A stretch of DNA of 64,000 nucleotides from an uncultured Candidatus Peribacteria bacterium. Lineage in GTDB: Bacteria > Patescibacteriota > Gracilibacteria > UBA1369. Each line of letters begins with the position of its first letter. Position 1 is the stretch's first letter. Of the stretch, positions 10,228 through 18,961 are shown piece after piece. The notes beneath the pieces were generated by a model that made no database searches, had not been told where the DNA came from, and was given only the letters and a program-made list of their open reading frames with translations. The position numbers and the translations under genes are program-made. The DNA lies in the NCBI GenBank assembly GCA_964424075.1, contig CAYRGY010000003.1, positions 42,985-106,984 of the forward strand, written 5' to 3'.

Positions 10228-10872
10228 TTACTTATTTTTCTTGGCATCCTCCAAAAATTTTACCAAACCTCTATCTGTCAAAGGATGCTTGAACAGTTTA
10301 TCCAAAACCTCAAATGGAATTGTTGCAATATCTGATCCAATCATAGCTGCCTCCACCACATGTCGAGGATGTCTTACCGATGCAGTCAAAACTTCCGCCT
10401 TATAATCATAATTTGATAGAATAACCACAATTTGCTCAATCAATTCCATTCCCGGCTCAGATATATCATCCAATCTTCCAATAAATGGACTGATGAAAGT
10501 TGCTCCGGCCTTGGCACATAATAGCGCTTGTGACGGTGAAAAAATTAAAGTCATATTAATCGGAATTCCTTCACTGGAAAGTGTATGACAAGCTTTAAGC
10601 CCATCTTCAATCATCGGTAATTTGACATGAACATTTTTGTGCCAGGAAGCCAGTTTACGACCTTCTTCAATCATTCCTTCATAATCAGTAGCCAAAACTT
10701 CTGCTGAAACTGGACCATCGATTATTTCACAAATCTCTTTAATTCTTTGCTCATGCGAAATATTCCCCTCTTTGGCTACCAAAGACGGGTTTGTTGTCAC
10801 ACCATCGACAAATCCAAAATCTGCGTATTTCTTAATTTCCTCCAAATTAGCAGTATCGATAAAAATTTTCAT
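10228..10872 (-). CDS. tal: short-type transaldolase / fructose-6-phosphate aldolase
   Basis: 214-aa ORF with MKIFIDTAN...DGVTTNPSL and the Schiff-base lysine context (VHVKLP). Confidence 0.9.
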   Translation of the reverse strand: MKIFIDTANLEEIKKYADFGFVDGVTTNPSLVAKEGNISHEQRIKEICEIIDGPVSAEVLATDYEGMIEEGRKLASWHKNVHVKLPMIEDGLKACHTLSSEGIPINMTLIFSPSQALLCAKAGATFISPFIGRLDDISEPGMELIEQIVVILSNYDYKAEVLTASVRHPRHVVEAAMIGSDIATIPFEVLDKLFKHPLTDRGLVKFLEDAKKNK

Positions 10873-11032
10873 ATTTATTTTTATTAGATTATATTTCCAT
10901 TGTAACGGATTTTAAGGAAATTAAAATTGAATTTTGTCATACAGAAATCCACAGATATGTTTGACTAAAATATGCCACTCTGTTTGAATAAAAAAAACAT
11001 ACCAACCCTTTAGACGTCCATTTTAGAATACG

Positions 11033-11566
11033 ATGAGCTTGAAATACAAATTACCAGGAGATACTTATCCTCCTTTGCCAACCAAACCCTGCTTGTTTGA
11101 ATCAGGAATTTATAATCAACAAGACGACTCAACACTACTACATAAACCTCAAAATGTTTTGATAGTAGATGATGATCGAATCTATGCCAAAACTCTTAAA
11201 AGAAGATTGCAAAAAATTGCCAATAATCATGTCATAGCCACAGGAAATGCTGATACTGCTTTGTCTGTACTCCCCAATATCAGCCCCGGCTCCACAATAA
11301 TTCTGGACTTACAAATGCCAGATATTGATGGAATCTCTTTGGCTGATATGATAAATGACCAAAGACGCAAAATGGGGCATCTGTTAATCCTGCACAGTGC
11401 AGCGATAGAAATTAATCAATCTGACTTAACCGCATTAAACATTTCTCCTAATTTAATTGAAACATTAATCCGCCAAAAAATTATTGATGCTTTCATTCCC
11501 AAACAAAATTCTTATCCCAAATTGGAAGAATTCATACTTTCACGTTACAACAAAAAAGCCTCCTGA
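11033..11566 (+). CDS. stand-alone response regulator receiver-domain protein
   Basis: 177-aa ORF. Receiver signatures are present: VLIVDDD, the phospho-acceptor context IILDLQMPDIDG and a downstream IPK lysine. No output domain is present, and a ~40-aa N-terminal extension precedes the receiver. Confidence 0.7.
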   Translation: MSLKYKLPGDTYPPLPTKPCLFESGIYNQQDDSTLLHKPQNVLIVDDDRIYAKTLKRRLQKIANNHVIATGNADTALSVLPNISPGSTIILDLQMPDIDGISLADMINDQRRKMGHLLILHSAAIEINQSDLTALNISPNLIETLIRQKIIDAFIPKQNSYPKLEEFILSRYNKKAS

Positions 11567-11582
11567 CTCAGGAGGCTTTTTT
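11552..11582. terminator. bidirectional Rho-independent terminator between the convergent receiver and phosphoketolase genes
   Basis: AAAAAAGCCTCCTGACTCAGGAGGCTTTTTT is a perfect GC-rich palindrome flanked by an A-tract and a T-tract. It overlaps the receiver gene's stop codon. Confidence 0.8.
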
Positions 11583-11595
11583 AATTGACTGCAAA

Positions 11596-14208
11596 TTATT
11601 TTCCCCAGCGCCAGTCTACAACATCCTGGAAATCAACTCCTTCAGCCATAACTTTTTTCTTGTGATCAACCAAGCGTTTTTGATATTTCTTCATTACAGC
11701 CCAAGCTCTCTTGGCAAACTGTTTATCCGGATTAGTAATACCAGCTTTCTGCATCGCTTGAACAATTAATTGGAAACGACTTGTACCGTTCCTAACATGC
11801 ATATCAAACGGTGTAGTAGTAGAACCTTCCTCCTGATAGCCATTCACTACAAATCTTTCCTCCGCATTTGGAACTCCAAACACCAATTTATAAACCAAAT
11901 GAGGATAGCCATGGAAATTGAATATCACCGGTTTATCTTCAGTATAATATTTATAGAAGCCTTTGAGATTATTCCTACCAATTGGTTTAGCTGCTGTTCC
12001 AATCCCATTGGCTGTCATTTCCAACACATTCACAAATCGAATCTTAAAATCAGGGTGTTCATATTTCAACATATCAATTGCCGCCATCATTTCTTCCACC
12101 ATATAATCACCTGCCGCAGAAAAGACAATATGTGGATTGCGGGCAGCACTCTTATCAATCCAATCCCAAGTTGAAATTCCGGTCTTTAATTGCTCACGCG
12201 CTTCTTTCAATGTTTGCCATTGAGGCATTTCTTGTTTACCCGCCTCAATTACATTTACTCGGTTACGTCTTTCTAAGCATTCCTTCATCACCACCATCAA
12301 AGTATTTCCGTCAGGCGGTAAGAACACAGAAGCGAGTTCTCCATGCTTTTCCAAAACAGAACTGACAAAGCTTGGATTTTGATGAGAATAACCGTTGTGT
12401 TCCTGTCGCCATTCCACACTACTTAATATATAGTTCAATGATGGGATTGGTTTTCTGAACGGAATTCTTTGCGCTTGTTTAATAAATTTCAAATGTTGAT
12501 CTACCATAGAGGCGTTAATCATGGCGAAAGCCTCATAAGTTACAAATAAACCATAACGTCCGGACAAGTTGTAACCTTGCAACCAACCTTGCAGTGTATG
12601 CTCTGAGAGCATTTCCAAAACACGACCTTTGGAAACAATAGATTCGTCACCCTTTTTCACCGGCCAAACATATTGACGACCCACTGTGGTTAGCAATTTT
12701 CCGAATTTATTGGAATCAGTTTCGTCAGGACAGAAAAAGCGAAATGACTTGGTAGTTTTGGCATCTTTAACCATCAAATCAGAAAGCCATTCAGCCATAA
12801 TTGCTGTAGTACGTCCTTCAATCTGACCGCGTCCTCCCTTAAACTCATATTTCTCTAATTTAGGCATCCATAGCTTCTTAACCAGATTACCACCATATGC
12901 ATGTTTGGTTTTACCCAAGCGTAAATTACCCTTTGGCAAATATTTAAGAACCTTTGGCAATGGCTTGCCTTTTGCATCAAGCAAATCTTGCACATTATAT
13001 GACTTTAACCATTCCTGTAGAGCTTTAAATTGCTTAGGATCCTTTTTAACATCCTTAAGCGGCACCCCATGTGATCGATAATTATCTTCAACCCTCTTGT
13101 TTCCAATTCGTTTAGTTCCAGTCCATCCTTTCATGGATCGGAAAATTATCATCGGCCAACAAGCTTGTTTTACACATTTTTCTTTGCGAGCTTTCCTTTG
13201 AATCTCTTTAATCATTTGATATGCCTGCTCCATACGATCCGCCATACACTGATGCAATGTCTCAGGCTCATCCACTACGAAAAGTGGTTTATATCCATAT
13301 CCCATAAACATGTTTTCCAATTCCTCATCACTCATAGTAGATAAAATGGACGGACCGGAAATCTTATAACCGTTAACATGAATAATTGGTAAAACTGCAC
13401 CTGATTCTGCAGGGTTTATAAACTTATTACTATGCCAAGCTGTTGCAATTGGGCCTGTTTCAGCTTCACCATCACCTACTATACAAACAGCTAACAGGTC
13501 AGGATTATCCATAATAGCTCCAAAAGCTGTGGATAAAGAATATCCAAGCTCCCCTCCTTCACAAATACTTCCAGGAACATCAGGCGTAACATGACTTGGC
13601 AATGCATATGGCCAACTAAAATCTTTCATCATCTTACCCAAACCTTTCGCATCCCGAGTATACTTTTTGTAATAGTCTGACATGGAACCATCAACAAAAT
13701 TACAAGCCAAATTAGCTGGGGCACCATGACCGGGCCCTGTTATAAATATAGTTTCCTGTTTATGCTTTTCAGCCAAATAACTGGCATGAGCATAAAGAAA
13801 ATTCAAACCAGGCACTGTGCCCCAATGCCCTAAAATTCGATCTTTAATATCACTTTTTTTGAGAGGCTTCTTTAATAAGAAATTGTCTTTTAAATAAAGA
13901 CATCCCGCTCCAATATAGTTAGTCAATGCATGATAATCTTTGAACCATTGGAGAGTTTCAGGATTCAACTGAAAAGTCGAAAACTTGGAGCTACCTTCAG
14001 CAAAACTAATTTTTTTAACTGTTACCGCCTTTTTAATTGGAGCTTTTTTAACTACCGGAGCTTTCTTTTTAGCGGCAGATTCAGTCTTTTTAGCAGGTGC
14101 CTTCTTTTTAGCGGCAGATTCAGTCTTTTTAGCAGGTGCCTTCTTTTTAGCGGCAACTTTTCCAACTGAAGCTTGCTTTTTGGTTGGTGTTTTTTTCTTT
14201 GTTGGCAT
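11596..14208 (-). CDS. xfp: xylulose-5-phosphate/fructose-6-phosphate phosphoketolase with a Lys/Ala/Pro-rich N-terminal extension
   Basis: 870-aa ORF with GHWGTVPGLNF, GDGEAETGP and EHNGYSHQNP motifs. Homology to phosphoketolases starts at about residue 73, and residues 1-70 are low-complexity and basic. Confidence 0.9.
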   Translation of the reverse strand: MPTKKKTPTKKQASVGKVAAKKKAPAKKTESAAKKKAPAKKTESAAKKKAPVVKKAPIKKAVTVKKISFAEGSSKFSTFQLNPETLQWFKDYHALTNYIGAGCLYLKDNFLLKKPLKKSDIKDRILGHWGTVPGLNFLYAHASYLAEKHKQETIFITGPGHGAPANLACNFVDGSMSDYYKKYTRDAKGLGKMMKDFSWPYALPSHVTPDVPGSICEGGELGYSLSTAFGAIMDNPDLLAVCIVGDGEAETGPIATAWHSNKFINPAESGAVLPIIHVNGYKISGPSILSTMSDEELENMFMGYGYKPLFVVDEPETLHQCMADRMEQAYQMIKEIQRKARKEKCVKQACWPMIIFRSMKGWTGTKRIGNKRVEDNYRSHGVPLKDVKKDPKQFKALQEWLKSYNVQDLLDAKGKPLPKVLKYLPKGNLRLGKTKHAYGGNLVKKLWMPKLEKYEFKGGRGQIEGRTTAIMAEWLSDLMVKDAKTTKSFRFFCPDETDSNKFGKLLTTVGRQYVWPVKKGDESIVSKGRVLEMLSEHTLQGWLQGYNLSGRYGLFVTYEAFAMINASMVDQHLKFIKQAQRIPFRKPIPSLNYILSSVEWRQEHNGYSHQNPSFVSSVLEKHGELASVFLPPDGNTLMVVMKECLERRNRVNVIEAGKQEMPQWQTLKEAREQLKTGISTWDWIDKSAARNPHIVFSAAGDYMVEEMMAAIDMLKYEHPDFKIRFVNVLEMTANGIGTAAKPIGRNNLKGFYKYYTEDKPVIFNFHGYPHLVYKLVFGVPNAEERFVVNGYQEEGSTTTPFDMHVRNGTSRFQLIVQAMQKAGITNPDKQFAKRAWAVMKKYQKRLVDHKKKVMAEGVDFQDVVDWRWGK
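14060..14157 (-). repeat. 39-bp tandem repeat inside the phosphoketolase 5' coding region
   Basis: Two perfect 39-bp copies lie at 14071-14109 and 14110-14148 (plus strand AGCGGCAGATTCAGTCTTTTTAGCAGGTGCCTTCTTTTT), with partial copies on each side. They encode AKKKAPAKKTESA twice. Confidence 0.9.
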
Positions 14209-14892
14209 TTATTTTTGGGTTATCAAATTTATTAATAAATTTTTATTTTTTTCTAATTGATTTAAAAGATCATTATAATCCTCGACCAGCATAACAGCTC
14301 CAGCCTCAATTAACAACTCCGGAGCAGTTGTAGTCTTGAGTCCTATACACTTAAGACCTGCTGATGTAGCACTTCTTACTCCCGCAACTGAATCTTCAAA
14401 CACTACAACTTCAGCGAGCCCTAATGACATTCTCTTTAAGATTTCTAGATAGACATCCGGAGCAGGCTTATTATTTTTAACTTCATGAGCAGAAATATAT
14501 TTTTCAATTTTTCCCTTAATGCCAGAAAAATCTAGAATCTTCTCCATCGTCACCAAAGTGGCACCTGAAGCAACTCCCAAACGCCAGCCTTGCCCCTCAA
14601 CATAATCAATAAATTTTTCAATACCTGGCACAGTTTCCACCCCATCCTGCTCATCAATCACTTCCAATAAATATCTATTCTTTTTCTCTAAACAAGATTC
14701 ATAGTCATATTGCTCCTGACCCAGCACGCCCTCCATAATTGCTTTGGCGCCCTGACCAACATACTTTTCAAAATATTCTTCCAATGAAACGGACTTTCCA
14801 AACTCATGAAAAAGCCTATCATAAGCAAGTGCATGCAAATGATTGCTACGAGTTATGGTCCCGTCCATATCCAGTATAATGGCTTTTAGCAT
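14209..14892 (-). CDS. HAD-IA family hydrolase (beta-phosphoglucomutase-like)
   Basis: 227-aa ORF with HAD motif I (ILDMDGT) and motifs III/IV near the C-terminus. Its stop codon abuts the xfp start codon. Confidence 0.8.
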   Translation of the reverse strand: MLKAIILDMDGTITRSNHLHALAYDRLFHEFGKSVSLEEYFEKYVGQGAKAIMEGVLGQEQYDYESCLEKKNRYLLEVIDEQDGVETVPGIEKFIDYVEGQGWRLGVASGATLVTMEKILDFSGIKGKIEKYISAHEVKNNKPAPDVYLEILKRMSLGLAEVVVFEDSVAGVRSATSAGLKCIGLKTTTAPELLIEAGAVMLVEDYNDLLNQLEKNKNLLINLITQK

Positions 14893-14992
14893 TTATTTTT
14901 GTTTTATTACTTATATTGTATGGATTTTTGATAGATTGACAATATCAGATTTTAGATGTTAGAGAATTATTTAAAGAATATCTGGACAAAAT

Positions 14993-16054
14993 ATGGAATA
15001 TGGTTTCTGGAAAAAATTAGCCAAACCCATTATTGGACTTTCTCCAATGGACGGAGTCACTGACGCTGCATTTCGCTATATGGTAGCAAAACATGGCCAG
15101 CCATCAGTAATTTTTACCGAATTCACCAGCGTGGAAGGTCTTAAATATGGAGCTGTAAAAGCTCTGACTAATTTGGAATACAATCAAATTGAAAGGCCAA
15201 TTGTCGCACAGTTTTACGGCAAAGATCCCCAAGCTTTTTATCAAGCCACTATCATCGCGGCGCATCTGGGCTTCGATGGAATTGACATTAATATGGGCTG
15301 CCCTTCAAAAGGTGTAGCCGGCAATGGCGCAGGCGCCGCTCTAATCAGCCAAACTGAGCTCGCTGCAAAAATTATCCAAAATTGTCAAACAGCAGCAATG
15401 GATTGGTACAATGGAGTAAGCATAGACCAAATCGAGTTACACCCCAATATATTAGCAGAAATTTCTCAACATGATGCACCCGCCAAGCGCAATCATCTTC
15501 CTATCTCAGTAAAAACTCGCATCGGCTATCATCAAATTGAAACCGAACAATGGATTAACCAATTGATTCATCACCAACCGGCTCTGATTAGCCTACATGG
15601 CCGCACCTTAAAGCAAATGTATTCCGGATCTTCCAATTGGGAGGAAATTGGCAAAGCCTCTGCACTTGCTCATCAATATGGAATTATGATTTTAGGAAAC
15701 GGTGATATCCGGGATTTGGCTCAAGCTAAAGATAAATGCCAAAAATATAATCTGGACGGCATCTTAATCGGCAGAGCTAGTCTAGGCAATCCCGGAATTT
15801 TTCAAAACTTTGACTTCAAACATAATCAAAAACTGAAATTAGCCATTGAACATAGTCATTACTATCAACAAACTTCAGGCGGACAAAATTTCCCCCCAAT
15901 CAAGAAGCACCTAGGCTGGTATTGCAAAGATTTCCCCAATGCCAAAGAACTCCGACTCAAACTGATGAATGCCGAAAATGCTTCTCAAGTGGAACAACTA
16001 ATTGAAGAACATATTGGCAATCACAGCGAGGATGATAATGTAAAAAGTGTATAG
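14993..16054 (+). CDS. dus: tRNA-dihydrouridine synthase
   Basis: 353-aa ORF with SPMDGVTD, DINMGCP and an FMN TIM-barrel pattern. Confidence 0.9.
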   Translation: MEYGFWKKLAKPIIGLSPMDGVTDAAFRYMVAKHGQPSVIFTEFTSVEGLKYGAVKALTNLEYNQIERPIVAQFYGKDPQAFYQATIIAAHLGFDGIDINMGCPSKGVAGNGAGAALISQTELAAKIIQNCQTAAMDWYNGVSIDQIELHPNILAEISQHDAPAKRNHLPISVKTRIGYHQIETEQWINQLIHHQPALISLHGRTLKQMYSGSSNWEEIGKASALAHQYGIMILGNGDIRDLAQAKDKCQKYNLDGILIGRASLGNPGIFQNFDFKHNQKLKLAIEHSHYYQQTSGGQNFPPIKKHLGWYCKDFPNAKELRLKLMNAENASQVEQLIEEHIGNHSEDDNVKSV

Positions 16055-16405
16055 CCCTAAACAAATAAAAAAGTTGATAAATAGTAACTTTACAACATAG
16101 ATCACCATATCTTCCTGAGCTTCGTCTTGATGGAATCTTTTATCAAACAGATCAGCTCTATTTAATATTTGGGAAAACATTACATAAAATAACAATCCCA
16201 GGAAAACGTAAAATCCTACAGACGCACCCGTCAACATGAAATTAGCCAAATCCTGATTCGGTTTTTCAGTGAAAGCCGCTCTTAAAAATTTAATGGTATT
16301 TGGTACCATTTCAGTGGTAAATCCCAAATAAAGCATTACCAATAAAACTAATAACAATGATGTTACTAAACTGGCAACAATAATCTGCTTCTTTTTCTTG
16401 TCCAT
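15998..16405 (-). CDS. hypothetical multi-pass membrane protein
   Basis: 135-aa ORF with 3-4 hydrophobic helices. Its 3' end overlaps the dus 3' end by 57 nt, and the two genes converge. Confidence 0.45.
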   Translation of the reverse strand: MDKKKKQIIVASLVTSLLLVLLVMLYLGFTTEMVPNTIKFLRAAFTEKPNQDLANFMLTGASVGFYVFLGLLFYVMFSQILNRADLFDKRFHQDEAQEDMVIYVVKLLFINFFICLGLYTFYIIILAVIANMFFN

Positions 16406-16450
16406 TAATCGTAGAATATAGCACTGTTAGCTAAATAGTAAAGCAATATC

Positions 16451-17176
16451 GTGTCTATAAACAAATCCGTACAAATCGGAAATCAGCAATACTCACTATT
16501 GATTCGCAAAAAAAGAAATCTAAAGAATCTTATTCTGAAAGTACGTCAACCATTTTTGATCGAAATTTCCTGCCATCCCCTTACACTAAAAAGCCAAATC
16601 ACAAATTTCATAGCTAAACAGAAGTACTGGATTGAACAACAAAATCACAAAGTACTTGAATCTAAAAATCAACGAACTCTTAGACATCAGGGCAAAGTTT
16701 ACCTTCATGGATCACCGCATCAAATCCATATCACCCTGCATTCCAAAAAACGCACCAATTTTATTATTGACGAAAATTCTCGAATAACAGCGCAGTTATC
16801 TGACAATTTAACTTCTAATCAATTGCAAAGACAGCTCCAAGCTGATTTTGACAAATTGCTCAAAAAACTAACTTTAACGCGCTGCAAAGCAAAGTTATCT
16901 GAACTGCAAAAACAAAATTCCAGAACAATCAATCGCATCTCTATAAAAGATCTTAAATCACGCTGGGGAAGCTGCTCCTCCAATCAAAACCTTAATTTTA
17001 GTCGACGACTTTGCCAATTACCTCAGGCAATTCAGGATTACATTATCATTCATGAATATTGCCATTTATTCCATTTAAATCATTCCCCCGCTTTTTGGGA
17101 AAAGGTTGCAGAATTTGATCCGCATTACCGCCTTCATAAAAAATGGCTACGTGAAAATGAAAACAAATTTATTTAA
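16451..17176 (+). CDS. YgjP-like (DUF45/M48-type) zinc metallohydrolase
   Basis: 241-aa ORF with a GTG start and the motif SRWGSCSS...IIHEYCHLFHLNHSPAFW (HExxH). Confidence 0.75.
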   Translation: MSINKSVQIGNQQYSLLIRKKRNLKNLILKVRQPFLIEISCHPLTLKSQITNFIAKQKYWIEQQNHKVLESKNQRTLRHQGKVYLHGSPHQIHITLHSKKRTNFIIDENSRITAQLSDNLTSNQLQRQLQADFDKLLKKLTLTRCKAKLSELQKQNSRTINRISIKDLKSRWGSCSSNQNLNFSRRLCQLPQAIQDYIIIHEYCHLFHLNHSPAFWEKVAEFDPHYRLHKKWLRENENKFI

Positions 17177-17180
17177 GCAA

Positions 17181-17209
17181 TTGACAAATAAAGCAAGCTC
17201 ATATTAAAT
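17181..17209 (+). promoter_or_regulatory. sigma70-type promoter for the small-basic-protein/ftsQ/sbp unit
   Basis: TTGACA, an exact 17-nt spacer, then TTAAAT, located 25 nt upstream of the ATG at 17234. Confidence 0.5.
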
Positions 17210-17233
17210 AGGGGCACTTTAAGATTACATCCT

Positions 17234-17437
17234 ATGCCAAGTCATCAGCACGGACTGCACACCATGAATGCCACTCGTCCCAAAAGTAAACTACGTAAAA
17301 GAGCAAATAAAGCTAAAGCTCGTGTCAGAAAAGCTGCTCTACTTGAAGATCTGGCCACTGCAAAAGCTGCTAAAGCTAAACCAGCAACCAAATCCACCAA
17401 AACTGCAGCACCAAAAAAAGCACCTAAGTCAGAGTAG
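17234..17437 (+). CDS. small Lys/Ala-rich basic protein (histone-H1-like composition)
   Basis: 67-aa ORF (alternative start at 17264, MNATRPK). The sequence is KAKARVRKAALLEDLATAKAAKAKPATKSTKTAAPKKAPKSE. A consensus promoter lies directly upstream. Confidence 0.45.
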   Translation: MPSHQHGLHTMNATRPKSKLRKRANKAKARVRKAALLEDLATAKAAKAKPATKSTKTAAPKKAPKSE

Positions 17438-17492
17438 AGCTTGTCAGTCGAACCTCATTGCTATATTTTATTAAGGCTTAATTTTACATGCC

Positions 17493-18506
17493 TTGAGGCT
17501 TTTTCGTCGAAAAAAAAGGGCTAAATCACTACGCAAGCTGGAGCAAAAATACCGGCCAGTTCAACAAAACAAGACTAAGCGAAAAACCACCGGCAAAAGC
17601 CAGATTGCCCATAACCGCACTCCATATCATAAATCCGGAACCCCTGGCAAAATGGCCAGGTTCCGCAAAAAAACACCTCGACTTGCCAATACACTTGCCC
17701 CACCCAACAGATTAAAAAGCACCAAAGTTTCCCGCACTAAAAAGATTCTGATTGCAATTCTCATAGCCATCATCATTGCTGGACTCTCAACTTTCATTTT
17801 TCTGACAGACTTCTTCAAAGTTAAAGATTTTCAAATCATCGAGGAAGGAACTATCATCACCACCAATTTACATTTAAATGAAATCATTTCCGGAGAATTA
17901 CAAAATCGCAACTTACTAATTTTCCAAAGTCGCGACTTGCGAGATAAAATTCTCGCCACTTACCCTGAATATGAAAGCATACAAATAGTTCGCCACTACC
18001 CCGATCAACTAGATATTGTGCTGGAAAAATACCCTCTATCTGCCAATATCATCAATGCAATCGTCAGTCCCGATGGCCTGAGAGTACAGAAAAAATACCT
18101 GGTCAACACCAATGGTCTAATTGTTAAAGAAAATGAAGATAATCATGAGCTTCCCTATGTTGAACTTAGCTCTGATCAAGCTTTAGAACTGGGTGACCAG
18201 GCTATGGATGCCGACCATCTTGATTACATTTTAAATACCATCAAACTATTTGAAGAAAAAATAGGCATTCAAGTGATCGATAGCAGCTATTTACGCAAAG
18301 CCCGGGAAGTACATTTGCGCACTGAAAAAGGTTTCACTGTCTGGTTTGACATCAATTACAATACAAGTAAAAACAACATGATTGAGCAAATTGACAAGCT
18401 AAAAAAAGCGTTGCCAAAACTAGATGTTTACAACACACCACTGGAATATATAGACTTAAGAATATCCGGGACCAATGCGGAGAAAGTAATTTTCAAACCA
18501 CTTTAA
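17493..18506 (+). CDS. ftsQ: FtsQ/DivIB-like cell division protein
   Basis: 337-aa ORF with a TTG start (first in-frame ATG at 17652). It has a basic N-terminal tail, a single TM (ILIAILIAIIIAGLSTFIF), and then a POTRA-like and beta domain. The sbp gene follows, as in Firmicutes dcw clusters. Confidence 0.6.
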   Translation: MRLFRRKKRAKSLRKLEQKYRPVQQNKTKRKTTGKSQIAHNRTPYHKSGTPGKMARFRKKTPRLANTLAPPNRLKSTKVSRTKKILIAILIAIIIAGLSTFIFLTDFFKVKDFQIIEEGTIITTNLHLNEIISGELQNRNLLIFQSRDLRDKILATYPEYESIQIVRHYPDQLDIVLEKYPLSANIINAIVSPDGLRVQKKYLVNTNGLIVKENEDNHELPYVELSSDQALELGDQAMDADHLDYILNTIKLFEEKIGIQVIDSSYLRKAREVHLRTEKGFTVWFDINYNTSKNNMIEQIDKLKKALPKLDVYNTPLEYIDLRISGTNAEKVIFKPL

Positions 18507-18507
18507 A

Positions 18508-18864
18508 ATGATTTGGGCTCTACTGGGAATTTTAATCGGTATATTAATCGGTTTCACCGTAAACCTGTCTATTCCCATTGAACTTACCAAATATACGGCA
18601 GTGGTTATCATGGGAACCCTCGACGCGCTTTTTGGAGCAATTAGAGCCGAAGCAACCAATGATAAATTTGATGGCAGCATCTTCATTTCGGGACTACTTT
18701 TCAACATTCTACTCTCAATTCTAATCACTGTACTTGGAGACAAATTAGGTCTAGATCTATATCTGGCGGCCGCATTCGTCTTCACATTCAGAATATTCAC
18801 CAATGTCGGTACTACCCGTCGTTATTTATTGGAGAAGTATCTCGCCAAAAAAAGAAAAGAGTAA
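18508..18864 (+). CDS. sbp: small basic membrane protein (Sbp / DUF1290 family)
   Basis: 118-aa ORF. The layout LTKYTAVVIMGTLDALFGAIRA...GLDLYLAAAFVFTFRIF with a basic C-terminus is characteristic of DUF1290. There is a 1-nt gap after ftsQ. Confidence 0.75.
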   Translation: MIWALLGILIGILIGFTVNLSIPIELTKYTAVVIMGTLDALFGAIRAEATNDKFDGSIFISGLLFNILLSILITVLGDKLGLDLYLAAAFVFTFRIFTNVGTTRRYLLEKYLAKKRKE

Positions 18865-18903
18865 TCTGACAACCCTAAATTTGCTAATTTTGGCCTTGGA
18901 TAA

Positions 18904-18932
18904 TTGTTTTTAGCGCTTTTTTCTGGTATAAT
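18904..18932 (+). promoter_or_regulatory. extended -10 sigma70-type promoter for the 193-aa/pilT/pilin-like operon
   Basis: TTGTTT, a 17-nt spacer ending in TGG, then TATAAT, located 30 nt upstream of the ATG at 18962. Confidence 0.5.
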
Positions 18933-18961
18933 TTAGAAAACAAATACATAAAAATTTAAAA

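Noticed and set aside
14060-14157. Tandem direct repeats checked as a possible CRISPR or mini-array.
   Set aside because: The copies are contiguous with no spacers, in frame, and inside a coding region. No cas genes occur anywhere in the window.
13930-14260. Plus-strand ORFs (79 and 91 aa) with repetitive Phe/Leu/Ser sequence.
   Set aside because: They are the mirror image of the Lys/Ala repeat coding region of xfp on the other strand, so the repeat structure is explained by the 39-bp tandem repeat.
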